A stretch of DNA of 64,000 nt from assembly GCA_964386635.1 (NCBI GenBank), contig CAYLRO010000012.1:1010-65009 (forward strand), given 5' to 3'. Position 1 is the first letter of the stretch. The number at the start of each line of letters is the position of its first letter. Shown piece by piece: positions 1-9,246 of the stretch. A model generated the notes under the pieces. That model was not told the DNA's origin and ran no database searches. It worked only from the letters and a program-made list of their open reading frames with translations. Both the position numbers and the translations under genes were made by a program. Origin of the DNA: an uncultured bacterium (lineage in GTDB: Bacteria > Fermentibacterota > Fermentibacteria > Fermentibacterales > JCC-6).

Positions 1-1407
1 GGTAGGCGATCCGCGGTTTGAAGAGCTCTGCTTCAACACCATTCATGTCCTTGAGCCGGGTAAGCATTGTCTGAAGATGAAGTTCACCCATTCCGCTCAC
101 TGTGGTCTGGCCGATGTTGGCTTCGTTCTTTGTTACAAAGGTGGGGTCCATTGCGCCTAGTTTGTGCAGTCCCACACCCATCTTGTCTTCATCTCCGCGT
201 TTTCTGGGAGTGATGGCCGCCCTGTAGACAGGGTTCGGGAATGCAATGGGATTAAGTTTGATCTGTGAGCTCTTGTCACATAGAACATCGTTTGTGATGG
301 TGTTCTTGAGTTTTGCCACAGCGATTATGTCGCCTGTAACCATTTTGTCGGTATCTTCCCTGGCAGACCCGTTTATGTAGTAGTAGTTACCCAGTCTCTC
401 AGACTGGCTTCTGGACGTGTTTATCACCTCGTGAGAACCGCCGGCACTTCCCCTGAGAACCTTGATGTAGACCATGTCACCAACATGTTTGTCCAGCTTG
501 GTGCTGAAGGCTCTTGCCATGAAGTCTCCTGCCGGGTCCATTGGAACAGGTTCACCGTCAACAGTATTGACTGCCGGTGCATCCAGAGGTGATGGACCGT
601 AATCCACTACGGAATCCAGAACGAAATTCAAACCTGTCGGCGGAAGAGAAGCACCACTGAATACCGGGAACAGTCCTCTGTTCTTCACCGCTGTCTTTAT
701 TCCCCTGTTAAGCTCTTCGTCAGTAAGGGTTTCATTGGTGAAGAATGCTTCCATGAGTGCTTCGTCAGCCTCAGCTGCTTCTTCCACAAGCTGCATGCGG
801 TATTCCCCGCATTTTTCCTTCGCGCTTTCAGGAAGAGGTATTTCCTTTCCGGAAGGGTCAACTGCTTTACCGGTGATTACATTGACTATACCCTTGAAGG
901 TATCGCCTTCCATCACAGGGAACGAAACCGGAACAGCATGCTTGTGGAACATCTCCCGGGCTTCTTCCATGACCCTGTCGAAATTGGCATTCTCTCTGTC
1001 CACTCTGTTCACATAGATGAAAACAGGGAGTTCGGCTTCAGCTGCAAATTTCCATGTTTTGAAGCTGCCCACCTCGACACCGTCTGTGCAGTCAATGAGG
1101 AGGACAGCCATCTCAGCTGCAGAAATGGCGCCAATGGTTTCTCCGTAGAAATCAGCAAGTCCCGGTGTGTCAATGATATTGACCTTGTGGTTCTTCCACT
1201 GACAGTTACCGACGCTGGAACCGAAGCTGTGTTTTTTCTCTCTGCTTTCAGAGGTGTAATCAAAAGCGCTGGTTCCTTCATCAACGGAACCCAGTCTTTC
1301 ACAACCTCCACCTGTGAAGAGCATTGCATCGCAGAAGCTGGTCTTGCCTACAGAACCGTGTCCCAGTACGACAATGTTCCGCAGTTTCTCGGGAGTGTAG
1401 TTTTTCA
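1..1407 (-). CDS. Translational GTPase of the EF-G family (EF-G paralog/EF-G-like). The 3' part runs off the window start.
   Basis: The reverse-strand reading frame is open from the window edge to ATG at 1405-1407 (MKNYTPEKLRNIVVLGHGSVGKTSFCDAMLF...). It has a G1 P-loop (GHGSVGKT), DTPGxxDF (G3) and NRVD (G4) motifs, and an EF-G-like domain order. It is absent from the ORF track only because it lacks an in-window stop. Confidence 0.7.
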
Positions 1408-1614
1408 TATCTGTCTCCGATTTTTATGGTTATTGCTATTATCATCATTGTAAATTAAATAGCTATTACAGGGCTTGTTTCAGAAACTCAATATTACCGT
1501 GGAAGGTATAGCCCTGTCAACAGTTGAACAGGGTATGGTCAGAGGTGTATATATTGTATTATCAAATCACCCTGGATATTCACAATTTCTGTCGGAGAAA
1601 AGGAACCGTAAACA

Positions 1615-1929
1615 TTGGAGATACTCAGGCTTTTTCCAGTGGTAGGAGCGATTGTTGTGGGCTTTCTGATACTTCGAAAAGTCTTCAGCTCGTTCTCCGG
1701 TCCGTCAAGAAAAGATCAGTACCGGCTTCTGGAAGAGGAGCAGAAAAAGGCGGACAGGAAGATCACAGGGTGTAACACACCGAGATGTCCTTTATGTGGA
1801 GGTGATACTGAAAGGTATCAGTATCCTCACATCAGGGTGTGGAGATGTGTGAAATTTCCTGAGTGCAGAGGTTTTGTCAAATCGGCAAAAGGTGGAACCC
1901 GATTCGCCAGAAAATGGCGGGATACATAG
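1615..1929 (+). CDS. Small membrane-anchored protein with a C-terminal topoisomerase-type C4 zinc ribbon
   Basis: An N-terminal hydrophobic helix (LFPVVGAIVVGFLIL) is followed by CPLCGG...RCVKFPEC, which resembles the zf-C4_Topoisom pattern (CPxCG...GCSxYPxC). Confidence 0.45.
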   Translation: MEILRLFPVVGAIVVGFLILRKVFSSFSGPSRKDQYRLLEEEQKKADRKITGCNTPRCPLCGGDTERYQYPHIRVWRCVKFPECRGFVKSAKGGTRFARKWRDT

Positions 1930-1968
1930 TTTAACCTCCATTTGCTGTGATTCAATAAGGAGACACAA

Positions 1969-4041
1969 TTGGAATTCGGAGCCAGGATCAACCGACATCC
2001 CATTTTGTCCGCCCCTGAGGACAAGTGGGTCAAGTTTACATTTAACGGAACTGAAATGCTGGGCCGCAGCGGTGAAATGGTTTCTTCTGCAGTGTTTGCT
2101 GCAGGGAAGCACGTTTTCGGCCATCACCACAAGGATGAAAGCCCCCAGGGGCTGTTCTGTGCCAACGGCCAGTGTTCCCAGTGCACACTTATTATCAATG
2201 GCGTTCCCCTGAAAAGCTGTATTGTTCCCCTGGAAGAGGGAATGAAAGTACAGACCGTGGAGGGACTGCCTCCACTGGAAGACATCCAGGGTCCCGGAGT
2301 ATCCCCTCCAGAATCCGTGGAAACAGATGTGCTGATCATCGGTGCAGGTCCGTCAGGCATGGCAGCGGCAAAGGAACTGGGATCGGAAGGCTACAATGTA
2401 ATCATTGCTGATGACAAGGACAGAATGGGCGGAAAGCTGGTTCTTCAGACTCATAAGTTCTTCGGTTCCGTTGATGACTGTCGTGCGGGAACCCGTGGAA
2501 TCACAATAGCTGAAATACTTGCCCGAGAGCTTGAAGATCTTTCGTCAGTGGATGTATGGCTGGAATCTGTAGTTCTTGCGGTTTTCAAGGATGGCACTGT
2601 TGGTATCAGAAAGCCTGAGGGTTACAGAATAGTTAAACCCCGCCAGCTTCTTGTTGCTGCCGGAGCCCGTGAGAAATCTCTCCCATTTCCGGGATGCACC
2701 CTTCCGGGAGTATATGGAGCCGGAGCTTTTCAGACCCTTGTAAATCGGGATCTTATCCGGTGCTCCGAGAGGATATTCATTCTCGGCGGAGGCAATGTGG
2801 GACTGATCGGAGCATATCATGCAATACAGGCTGGTATGACTGTTGTGGGACTGGCAGAGGGTATGGACAAATGCGGCGGATATAAGGTTCACGCCGACAA
2901 GATTGTCCGGCTGGGGGTTCCCATTTACACAAGACACACTGTTCTGGCTGCTCACGGTGATGAGCAGCTTGAGAGTGTAACAGTTGCAGAGGTTGACGAG
3001 ACATTCACTCCTGTTCCAGGAACAGAGAAGAACTTCAAAGTGGACACTCTCCTTGTTGCAGTTGGTCTCAGCTCTGTTAACGAGTTTCACAGGAAAGCGG
3101 TTGAATTCGGTATACCCTCAATGGTCACAGGAGATTCAGAGGAAATTGCTGAAGCAAGCGCCGCCATGTTCTCCGGCAAAATCTGCGGTCGCAGGATAGC
3201 ATGTTCACTGAAGGGTGAGGAGTCTGAAATCCCTGCAGACTGGACAGAGAAGGCTGAAATACTCAAAAGCCCCGGGGGTAAGACAGAGAGTTACCGTAAG
3301 TCCGAATTGAATTCAGGTGTTTATCCGGTAATTCACTGTATGCAGGAAATCCCCTGCAATCCGTGCATGACCGTTTGCCCTAAAGGTCTTATTTCCACTT
3401 CCGGCCACCCTGTAATGGGACTTCCGGAGTATTCAGAAGGCTGTATCGGCTGCCGTAAGTGTGTTGCCATCTGCCCCGGTCTGGCTGTTACTCTTGTTGA
3501 CATGAGAAAGGACAGTCAGTTTCCCGTTGTTACCGTTCCCTGGGAGCTCGGGGAATGGAGAATAGCCCAGGGAGAAGTCGTTACGGTTACCGGCTGGGAG
3601 GGTGATATCCTCGGTGAGGGAACGGTTCAGGCCCTCAGAAAAGCCCCGGGTTATCCCGGAACAATGCTTCTGGACCTGAGAGTTCCTGCTGATTTTGCCA
3701 ACCTGGTCGCCGGTGTGAGAGTACAGTCTCCTGAGGATACTGCAGCTGAAGATACTGTTCCGGAAATTCCCATTCCGGACAGTGCAATAGTCTGCAGATG
3801 TGAAAGAGTAACAGCAGGAGAGATAAGAGAACAGCTCAGGCTTGGTGTAAGGGACATGAACGAATTGAAAGCCCTGACAAGAGCCGGTTTCGGCTCCTGC
3901 GGCGGTAAAACCTGCAGTACATTGATTCCCCGGATCATCAGATCAGAAGGTATTGATCTCTCGGAGATAACCGACTTCACCGACCGTCCGCTGTTTGCTG
4001 AAACCAGGCTGGGAATCTTCTGCGGTAAGGAGAACAAGTAA
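1969..4041 (+). CDS. Multi-domain Fe-S flavoprotein oxidoreductase: [2Fe-2S] sarcosine-oxidase-alpha/HcnA-like N-terminus, FAD/NAD(P)-binding pyridine-nucleotide-disulfide oxidoreductase core, 2x Cys4 ferredoxin-like motifs and a BFD-like [2Fe-2S] domain
   Basis: An N-terminal Cys cluster (CANGQCSQC...C) and a Rossmann motif (VLIIGAGPSGMAAAKEL) are followed by a second nucleotide-binding motif (ILGGGNVGLIGA), then CNPCMTVCP and CIGCRKCVAICP (4Fe-4S-type), then C-terminal CRCERVTAGEI...GSCGGKTC (BFD-like). The stop overlaps the next start (TAATG at 4039-4043). Confidence 0.75.
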   Translation: MEFGARINRHPILSAPEDKWVKFTFNGTEMLGRSGEMVSSAVFAAGKHVFGHHHKDESPQGLFCANGQCSQCTLIINGVPLKSCIVPLEEGMKVQTVEGLPPLEDIQGPGVSPPESVETDVLIIGAGPSGMAAAKELGSEGYNVIIADDKDRMGGKLVLQTHKFFGSVDDCRAGTRGITIAEILARELEDLSSVDVWLESVVLAVFKDGTVGIRKPEGYRIVKPRQLLVAAGAREKSLPFPGCTLPGVYGAGAFQTLVNRDLIRCSERIFILGGGNVGLIGAYHAIQAGMTVVGLAEGMDKCGGYKVHADKIVRLGVPIYTRHTVLAAHGDEQLESVTVAEVDETFTPVPGTEKNFKVDTLLVAVGLSSVNEFHRKAVEFGIPSMVTGDSEEIAEASAAMFSGKICGRRIACSLKGEESEIPADWTEKAEILKSPGGKTESYRKSELNSGVYPVIHCMQEIPCNPCMTVCPKGLISTSGHPVMGLPEYSEGCIGCRKCVAICPGLAVTLVDMRKDSQFPVVTVPWELGEWRIAQGEVVTVTGWEGDILGEGTVQALRKAPGYPGTMLLDLRVPADFANLVAGVRVQSPEDTAAEDTVPEIPIPDSAIVCRCERVTAGEIREQLRLGVRDMNELKALTRAGFGSCGGKTCSTLIPRIIRSEGIDLSEITDFTDRPLFAETRLGIFCGKENK

Positions 4042-5177
4042 TGTACGATGTGATAATCATCGGAGCCGGCTCAGCGGGAACTCCTGTTGCCATGTCCCTT
4101 GCTGCAAGAAATGTAAAAACACTGGTAATTGAATCAGGCAGCTCTTCCGGTCAGGGTAACAACAAGTGTGCCATCGGAGGCGTAAGAGCCACACACAGTG
4201 ATCCTGCCAAGGTCGCTCTCTCTCTCCATTCACTGAAAACATTCTCAACCTGGAAAGAAACCCACGGTGAGGATATCGGATGGACAATGGGAGGATACAC
4301 CTTTGTAGCTTATACCGGATCAATTGCACAGTCCCTCATGGCGATGATCCCGGATCAGCAGAAAGCCGGTCTGAACATTGACTGGCTTTCAGCGGAAAAG
4401 ATACGGAAGCTTGTCCCCGGTATTAATCCTGATGGCCTTCTCGGCGGTACATTTTCTCCTGAAGACGGCAGCGCCAGCCCCTTGGAGAGTTCATATGCAT
4501 TTCACCGGAATGCTGTGAAGAATGGTGCAGAATTCAGATTCCGTGAGAAAGTGCTCAGTATAGAGAAAAACAACGATTTCACCGTTGTAACTCACAGGGG
4601 CAGCTACCAGGCTCCTGTTGTTGTTAACTGTGCCGGTTCTTTTGCCAGAGAAGTCGGGGCAATGCTTGGGGCAGACCTGCCTGTTTATCCCGACATGCAC
4701 GAGGCCGGTATTACTGAACCTGTTCAGAGGTTCTTTGAACCCATGGTGGTTGATATCAGCGGGGAAGAGGGAAGTACCAACTACTATTTCTACCAGTACA
4801 GCACCGGTCAGGTTGTTTTCTGCATAACACCGGATCCACCCAGACTGGGAACCGAAACTTCTGAAACCTCAGAGTTCCTTCCCATGGTTTCAAAGCGGAT
4901 GGTCAAGCTTTATCCCAGGCTTGCCAATCTGAAAGTGAGAAGAACCTGGAGGGGATGTTACCCCCAGACACCTGACGGTTCACCGATTATTGGAGAAACC
5001 GGTGTGGACGGATTCCTTGCAGCAGTTGGAATGTGCGGGCAGGGTTTTATGCTGGGTCCTGGTGCAGGTGAAGTTCTGGCACGGAAGATCACAGGAGAGC
5101 TTACCGATACAGACAGAATGGTTCTGCAGTCACTGAGACTGGACAGAGAGTTCACAGGAAGCGAGGCACTCAAGTAG
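4041..5177 (+). CDS. FAD-dependent oxidoreductase of the DAO family (sarcosine oxidase beta / HcnC / glycine-oxidase-like), the partner subunit of the preceding gene
   Basis: An N-terminal GxGxxG motif (YDVIIIGAGSAGTPVA), DAO-family length and a C-terminal G..GxG motif (GMCGQGFMLGPGAGEVLA). It is translationally coupled to the upstream Fe-S flavoprotein. Confidence 0.75.
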   Translation: MYDVIIIGAGSAGTPVAMSLAARNVKTLVIESGSSSGQGNNKCAIGGVRATHSDPAKVALSLHSLKTFSTWKETHGEDIGWTMGGYTFVAYTGSIAQSLMAMIPDQQKAGLNIDWLSAEKIRKLVPGINPDGLLGGTFSPEDGSASPLESSYAFHRNAVKNGAEFRFREKVLSIEKNNDFTVVTHRGSYQAPVVVNCAGSFAREVGAMLGADLPVYPDMHEAGITEPVQRFFEPMVVDISGEEGSTNYYFYQYSTGQVVFCITPDPPRLGTETSETSEFLPMVSKRMVKLYPRLANLKVRRTWRGCYPQTPDGSPIIGETGVDGFLAAVGMCGQGFMLGPGAGEVLARKITGELTDTDRMVLQSLRLDREFTGSEALK

Positions 5178-5267
5178 GGCTTCGCTGCCCCTGACACTTG
5201 CCCCGTATATATATACGAGCTATCTTTAGTTGTTCTGTTAAATTAAACATTCAGGAGGTGTTTTGTT

Positions 5268-7670
5268 TTGGTTAAACTATTTTTTGTTCTGATGATTGTC
5301 AGTACCTTGTGTATTGCAGGTGAGCTGACAGTTTCTGTTCCTCTACAGGGAACAGATCTGAACATCCAGAGGGAAGGGCTGTTCACATCGGTCACTATTC
5401 CCGGGATGTTGTCCGTGTTTAACGAGGGATCTCCGGCACTCCCGATAATGCCTGTGAGAATTGCTCTTCCCACAGGGTGCAGAGCCACTGATATTCAGGT
5501 AACAGGTGTGGAATGGGAAACCGTTTCAGGCAGATTTGAAATACAGCCTGCAAGCGGTTGCGTTCCCATCTCTGCCGGTTATGACCAGGTACAGGCCGAG
5601 CCTGATCCCCACATTTACAACCGTGATGAATACTACCCGGGGCATGTTGCAGCTCTTGCAAGCTCCAGTGTCTACTGGGGTATTCCTCTGGCCTATGTTA
5701 CTGTAAATCCTGTAAGATGGAATCCGGTGACAAAGAATCTGCAGGTTCTCAGCGATCTCAGCATCAGTGTTTCCTACCAGGATGACCAGTCAGTAAGACT
5801 TGTTGAGAGAAGAACTTCCGCAAGCGAGAATATGGCTATGGACATCGCCAGCCGCCTTGTGGTTAACCCTGAAGGCGTAAGCGGTTCCGGTGCAACTCTT
5901 GTTGCTCCAAGAGACCTTACTTACGGCCAGTATGTAATCATCACACATCCTGACTACGAAAGTCAGGCACAGGAACTTGCAGACTGGAAGACACTGAAGG
6001 GCATCCCTGCAAGTGTCTACACCACAACCTGGGTAGAGTCTCAGTACTCATGCGCAGATCTTCAGCAGGAGATGAGAGCATTTCTAACAGACTGCCGCGA
6101 TGACGGTACAGACTACGTTCTGATCTTCGGTGATGATGACAAAGTGGGATGCAGAGATGCAAAACTTGTGGGAGACAACTCTAGCTCAGAGATAGCTCCA
6201 GCAGACCTGTATTTCGTAGACATAAATGACACCGCTCCCGGAGCAGATCTCTGGAACTCAAACGGTAACGGAACCTGGGGCGAAGTCCCTTACCCGTACC
6301 AGTATCCCCAGCCTGCAGGTTACGACCAGGTTGACTATCACCCGGACCTCTGGGTGGGAAGAGCCAGTGTGAACACCGCTGCAGAAGCTGACATTTTCCT
6401 TGACAAGGTGTTCATCTACGAGGGTATTCAGACTGTTGATTACTTTGAGACTGCTCCCAGAGAGCTGCGCATAGGTTATTCAACTGGTGAGCTCTTTTCC
6501 CAGTACAATATCTGGGGTTATTCCGATGCCGAGTCCATCGGAACATTCCTTCCCTCTGTCGAGTGGGAAGAGGAGAAGTGTTACGAGTTCACAGGTAACA
6601 ACAGTTACCAGATCACAATCGACATGATCGATGCAGGACCACATCATGTATACCACGCCAGTCACGGTGCGGAAACTTCCATGTGGACCTCATCCGGAAG
6701 CAGTTACACAACCGCTCACATCATGGCACAGACGAACATTCAGAGTGGTAATCTGCCTGCAATCTGGCAGTCAATCTCCTGCCTTATCGGTCACCTTGAC
6801 GGATATGAGTGCTGTGGAGACGCATGGCTGAACTCCCCCAATGGAGGCGGCTTCGGTAACTTCAACAGCCGTTACGGCTGGGGCAATTTCGCAGGACCAT
6901 GCACCGGTCCCAGTCAGGCACTCAGCATAAGGTTCTACCAGGATCACTGGCAGAATGACATTTACAACCTGGGTATTGCCCATGGAACAAGCATGGACTG
7001 TTTCAGTCCTCCATGCAGCACATACATGGACTGGTGTCTGAAAGAGTACAACCTCTTCGGCGACCCGGAGCTTCCAATGTGGACAGAAGTTGCTGCAGAC
7101 CTCTCTGTAAGCCATCCTGCTTCTATAAATCAGACCGGTGATGTGACCTTCACAGTTACCTCAGGCGGCAATCCTGTGGAAAACGCAAGAGTCTGCATAC
7201 AGAAGGGTGACTGGAAGACAGGTGAGACCTATGTGGTTGCCTACACAGACGCTTCCGGTGAGGCCACTCTCTATGCAACACCTGCAACAACAGGAACAAT
7301 GAGTGCCACTGTCTGGGCCAGGAACTGCAACACATACATGGGCAGCATTGAGGTAACAGACGTGGGAACTGAGCAGATGTGCAGCCCTGTGGCACTGAAC
7401 TGTTTCAACCCTGTGAGCCCCAACCCTGCAGTTGAGAGTGCAGCACTGTCGTTCACTCTTGCAACACCTGCACAGGTCTCACTTGATGTGTACGACCTTG
7501 GCGGCAGAGTTGTGACAACCCTTGTAAACGATAACATGCAGTCTGGAAGCCACAGCCTTCTCTGGGATCTCAGTGATTCCTCAGGCAACAGCGTTCCAGC
7601 CGGTGTTTACCATGTAAGACTGACCACTCCTGAATTCACTCAGGTGAATCCTGTGATGGTTATCAGATAG
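5268..7670 (+). CDS. Secreted gingipain-like cysteine peptidase (peptidase family C25) with a Por/T9SS-type C-terminal sorting domain
   Basis: It has a signal peptide, and a catalytic-His region (HVYHASHGAETSMW) and Cys region (ISCLIGHLDGYEC) typical of C25. The C-terminal ~90 aa (CFNPVSPNP...VYDLGGRVVTTLV...AGVYHVRLTTPEFTQVNPVMVIR) match the T9SS CTD / Por_Secre_tail pattern. Confidence 0.7.
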   Translation: MVKLFFVLMIVSTLCIAGELTVSVPLQGTDLNIQREGLFTSVTIPGMLSVFNEGSPALPIMPVRIALPTGCRATDIQVTGVEWETVSGRFEIQPASGCVPISAGYDQVQAEPDPHIYNRDEYYPGHVAALASSSVYWGIPLAYVTVNPVRWNPVTKNLQVLSDLSISVSYQDDQSVRLVERRTSASENMAMDIASRLVVNPEGVSGSGATLVAPRDLTYGQYVIITHPDYESQAQELADWKTLKGIPASVYTTTWVESQYSCADLQQEMRAFLTDCRDDGTDYVLIFGDDDKVGCRDAKLVGDNSSSEIAPADLYFVDINDTAPGADLWNSNGNGTWGEVPYPYQYPQPAGYDQVDYHPDLWVGRASVNTAAEADIFLDKVFIYEGIQTVDYFETAPRELRIGYSTGELFSQYNIWGYSDAESIGTFLPSVEWEEEKCYEFTGNNSYQITIDMIDAGPHHVYHASHGAETSMWTSSGSSYTTAHIMAQTNIQSGNLPAIWQSISCLIGHLDGYECCGDAWLNSPNGGGFGNFNSRYGWGNFAGPCTGPSQALSIRFYQDHWQNDIYNLGIAHGTSMDCFSPPCSTYMDWCLKEYNLFGDPELPMWTEVAADLSVSHPASINQTGDVTFTVTSGGNPVENARVCIQKGDWKTGETYVVAYTDASGEATLYATPATTGTMSATVWARNCNTYMGSIEVTDVGTEQMCSPVALNCFNPVSPNPAVESAALSFTLATPAQVSLDVYDLGGRVVTTLVNDNMQSGSHSLLWDLSDSSGNSVPAGVYHVRLTTPEFTQVNPVMVIR

Positions 7671-7690
7671 CATCTGTTTCAGCAGATGAC

Positions 7691-7727
7691 AGGGGAGGGG
7701 CATTGCCCCTCCCCTTCCTTGTTTCTG
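7691..7727 (+). terminator. Rho-independent terminator downstream of the C25 peptidase gene
   Basis: A GC-rich perfect hairpin (aggggaggggc-att-gcccctcccct) is followed by a T-rich tract (tccttgtttct). Confidence 0.5.
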
Positions 7728-7770
7728 ATCCTGTGAATTAACATAGTGCTGCTGAAGAAGGGAGATCCAA

Positions 7771-8181
7771 TTGAAAAAAGCACTTGTTCTTCTAATGGCT
7801 CTGCTGCCTGCAGCTGCATCAGCTTATCCGTTCATGGTGGGAGCCAGAATTTCCACTCCGCAGATTGCTTCCATATCACTGACCTACCGGCCCAGGAGCT
7901 TGTGGTTCATTCAGGCGGAGCCCGGAGTTGGGGGATGCAAAGCAGCCCTTGGATTAGGCGGCAGCTGGAAGTACACATTCGGGCTGGGCCTGAAAAGTTC
8001 TATCCTCTACACATGGGGAAAGACATGGGGCAATGTTGAGACCGGTCAGACATACGCTGGCGGCGAGGGAGTGCTGCTGATTTCAGGAATAAATCTTACT
8101 TTCGGTCTTTACACCCACGTTGCAGGGGATGCAGAAGACAAGGACATGCTTGTGTCAGTTGGAGCTGGAATAGGCTTCTAG
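7771..8181 (+). CDS. Hypothetical small secreted/outer-membrane protein (Gly-rich, beta-strand-like)
   Basis: It has a signal peptide (MKKALVLLMALLPAAASA), alternating Gly/aromatic composition and a C-terminal aromatic residue (GF). No family was recognised. Confidence 0.35.
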   Translation: MKKALVLLMALLPAAASAYPFMVGARISTPQIASISLTYRPRSLWFIQAEPGVGGCKAALGLGGSWKYTFGLGLKSSILYTWGKTWGNVETGQTYAGGEGVLLISGINLTFGLYTHVAGDAEDKDMLVSVGAGIGF

Positions 8182-8187
8182 GAGACT

Positions 8188-8736
8188 TCAGATCGGGTCG
8201 TAAATCGAGAGTTCTCTGGTGCGCCTCTCTGCATTGGAATCTGCCACGGCTTTAACTTCTTTGATGGCGTTTATATAGGCTGCAGGGAGGTTGTTCTCCA
8301 TGGCGCCTTCCAGAACATGCCTTTTGTACCAGGCGAAAGGCTTCAGCAGCGGATCATGATTCAGAGCTTTGTATGTATACACCTCAAGGGGTTTTCCTCT
8401 GAACTCAATTGTTACAGTGTGGGCATCGTACCCGTAGCCAAGCCCCTCGAACTCATCAAGGGTGGGTTTGTCTTCCCGGTTGATCCTGTATACCACACCG
8501 TAGACAACATCATCCGGATTTGCCGTTTCCTTAATGTCGCACTTGGTACTGCCATCTGCTTCACTGGGTTTGCTGAAGCAGAGCCGGAAACCTGACAGTG
8601 TGCCAACGCCAAGAGGCTCTGCAGGAATTCTCTGCTGCAGTCTTCTTGCAGACATGTTGGAACCGTAGGCAAAATAGTTATACAGGACAAACTCTCCTCT
8701 TGTTCTTGGAGACGCTGATATACAACTGAAGCACAA
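8188..8736 (-). CDS. Gamma-glutamyl cyclotransferase-like (GGCT/AIG2 family) protein
   Basis: It carries the YFAYGSNM motif characteristic of GGCT-like proteins. The exact start is uncertain; there may be an N-terminal extension. Confidence 0.55.
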   Translation of the reverse strand: MCFSCISASPRTRGEFVLYNYFAYGSNMSARRLQQRIPAEPLGVGTLSGFRLCFSKPSEADGSTKCDIKETANPDDVVYGVVYRINREDKPTLDEFEGLGYGYDAHTVTIEFRGKPLEVYTYKALNHDPLLKPFAWYKRHVLEGAMENNLPAAYINAIKEVKAVADSNAERRTRELSIYDPI

Positions 8737-8802
8737 CGCTGTCTATACTCCATGTGACATGGATGTTCCCATTGGTTAAATTGACAGTTCAAGGAGGTAT
8801 AC

Positions 8803-9246
8803 ATGATCCAGAGAGGAATTGTTAAAAGCGTCGCCGAAGGAATGGCAGATGTTGAGGTTGGCGGTGGAGAGGGATGCAGTGCATGTAATTCCCGGGAAAG
8901 CTGCATGACCCTGTCCGGAAAGAGACCGGATGCCAAGGTAATTACCGTTGAGAATACACTTGGAGCTTCCGAAGGAGATGCCGTTCAGCTGGAACTGCCT
9001 GTAAGTGCCACAATGAAGATCATCTCCATTACCTTTGTGGTGCCTGTGCTGCTGCTGATAGTCGGATACTGGATATTGATGCCTGCTGGAACTACTCAGG
9101 GAGCTCTGGGGGCTGTGGGCGGTCTTTTTATCGGCATGATCATTGCCCTGTTCGTTAACCGGACGCTTGGGAAGAAAAAAGAATACAGAATGAGAATGAC
9201 CGATATAGTGGAGAAAAACTGCCAGGAAACGGAAGTGCTGAATTGA
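8803..9246 (+). CDS. RseC/MucC-family (SoxR-reducing-system-like) small membrane protein
   Basis: About 147 aa, with an N-terminal Cys cluster (GCSACNSRESC) followed by two TM helices. Its stop overlaps the TTG start of tldD. Confidence 0.5.
   Translation: MIQRGIVKSVAEGMADVEVGGGEGCSACNSRESCMTLSGKRPDAKVITVENTLGASEGDAVQLELPVSATMKIISITFVVPVLLLIVGYWILMPAGTTQGALGAVGGLFIGMIIALFVNRTLGKKKEYRMRMTDIVEKNCQETEVLN

Noticed and set aside
2545-3090. Antisense ORFs of 60-200 aa lying inside long well-supported genes (e.g. 2545-3090 -, 9749-10114 -, 31223-31636 -, 34855-35466 -, 41089-41886 -, 43112-43594 -, 61184-61714 -)
   Set aside because: They are fully embedded in the opposite strand of genes with strong family signatures, and have low-complexity or Arg/Ser/Pro-rich composition typical of shadow ORFs. 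No independent start or SD support.
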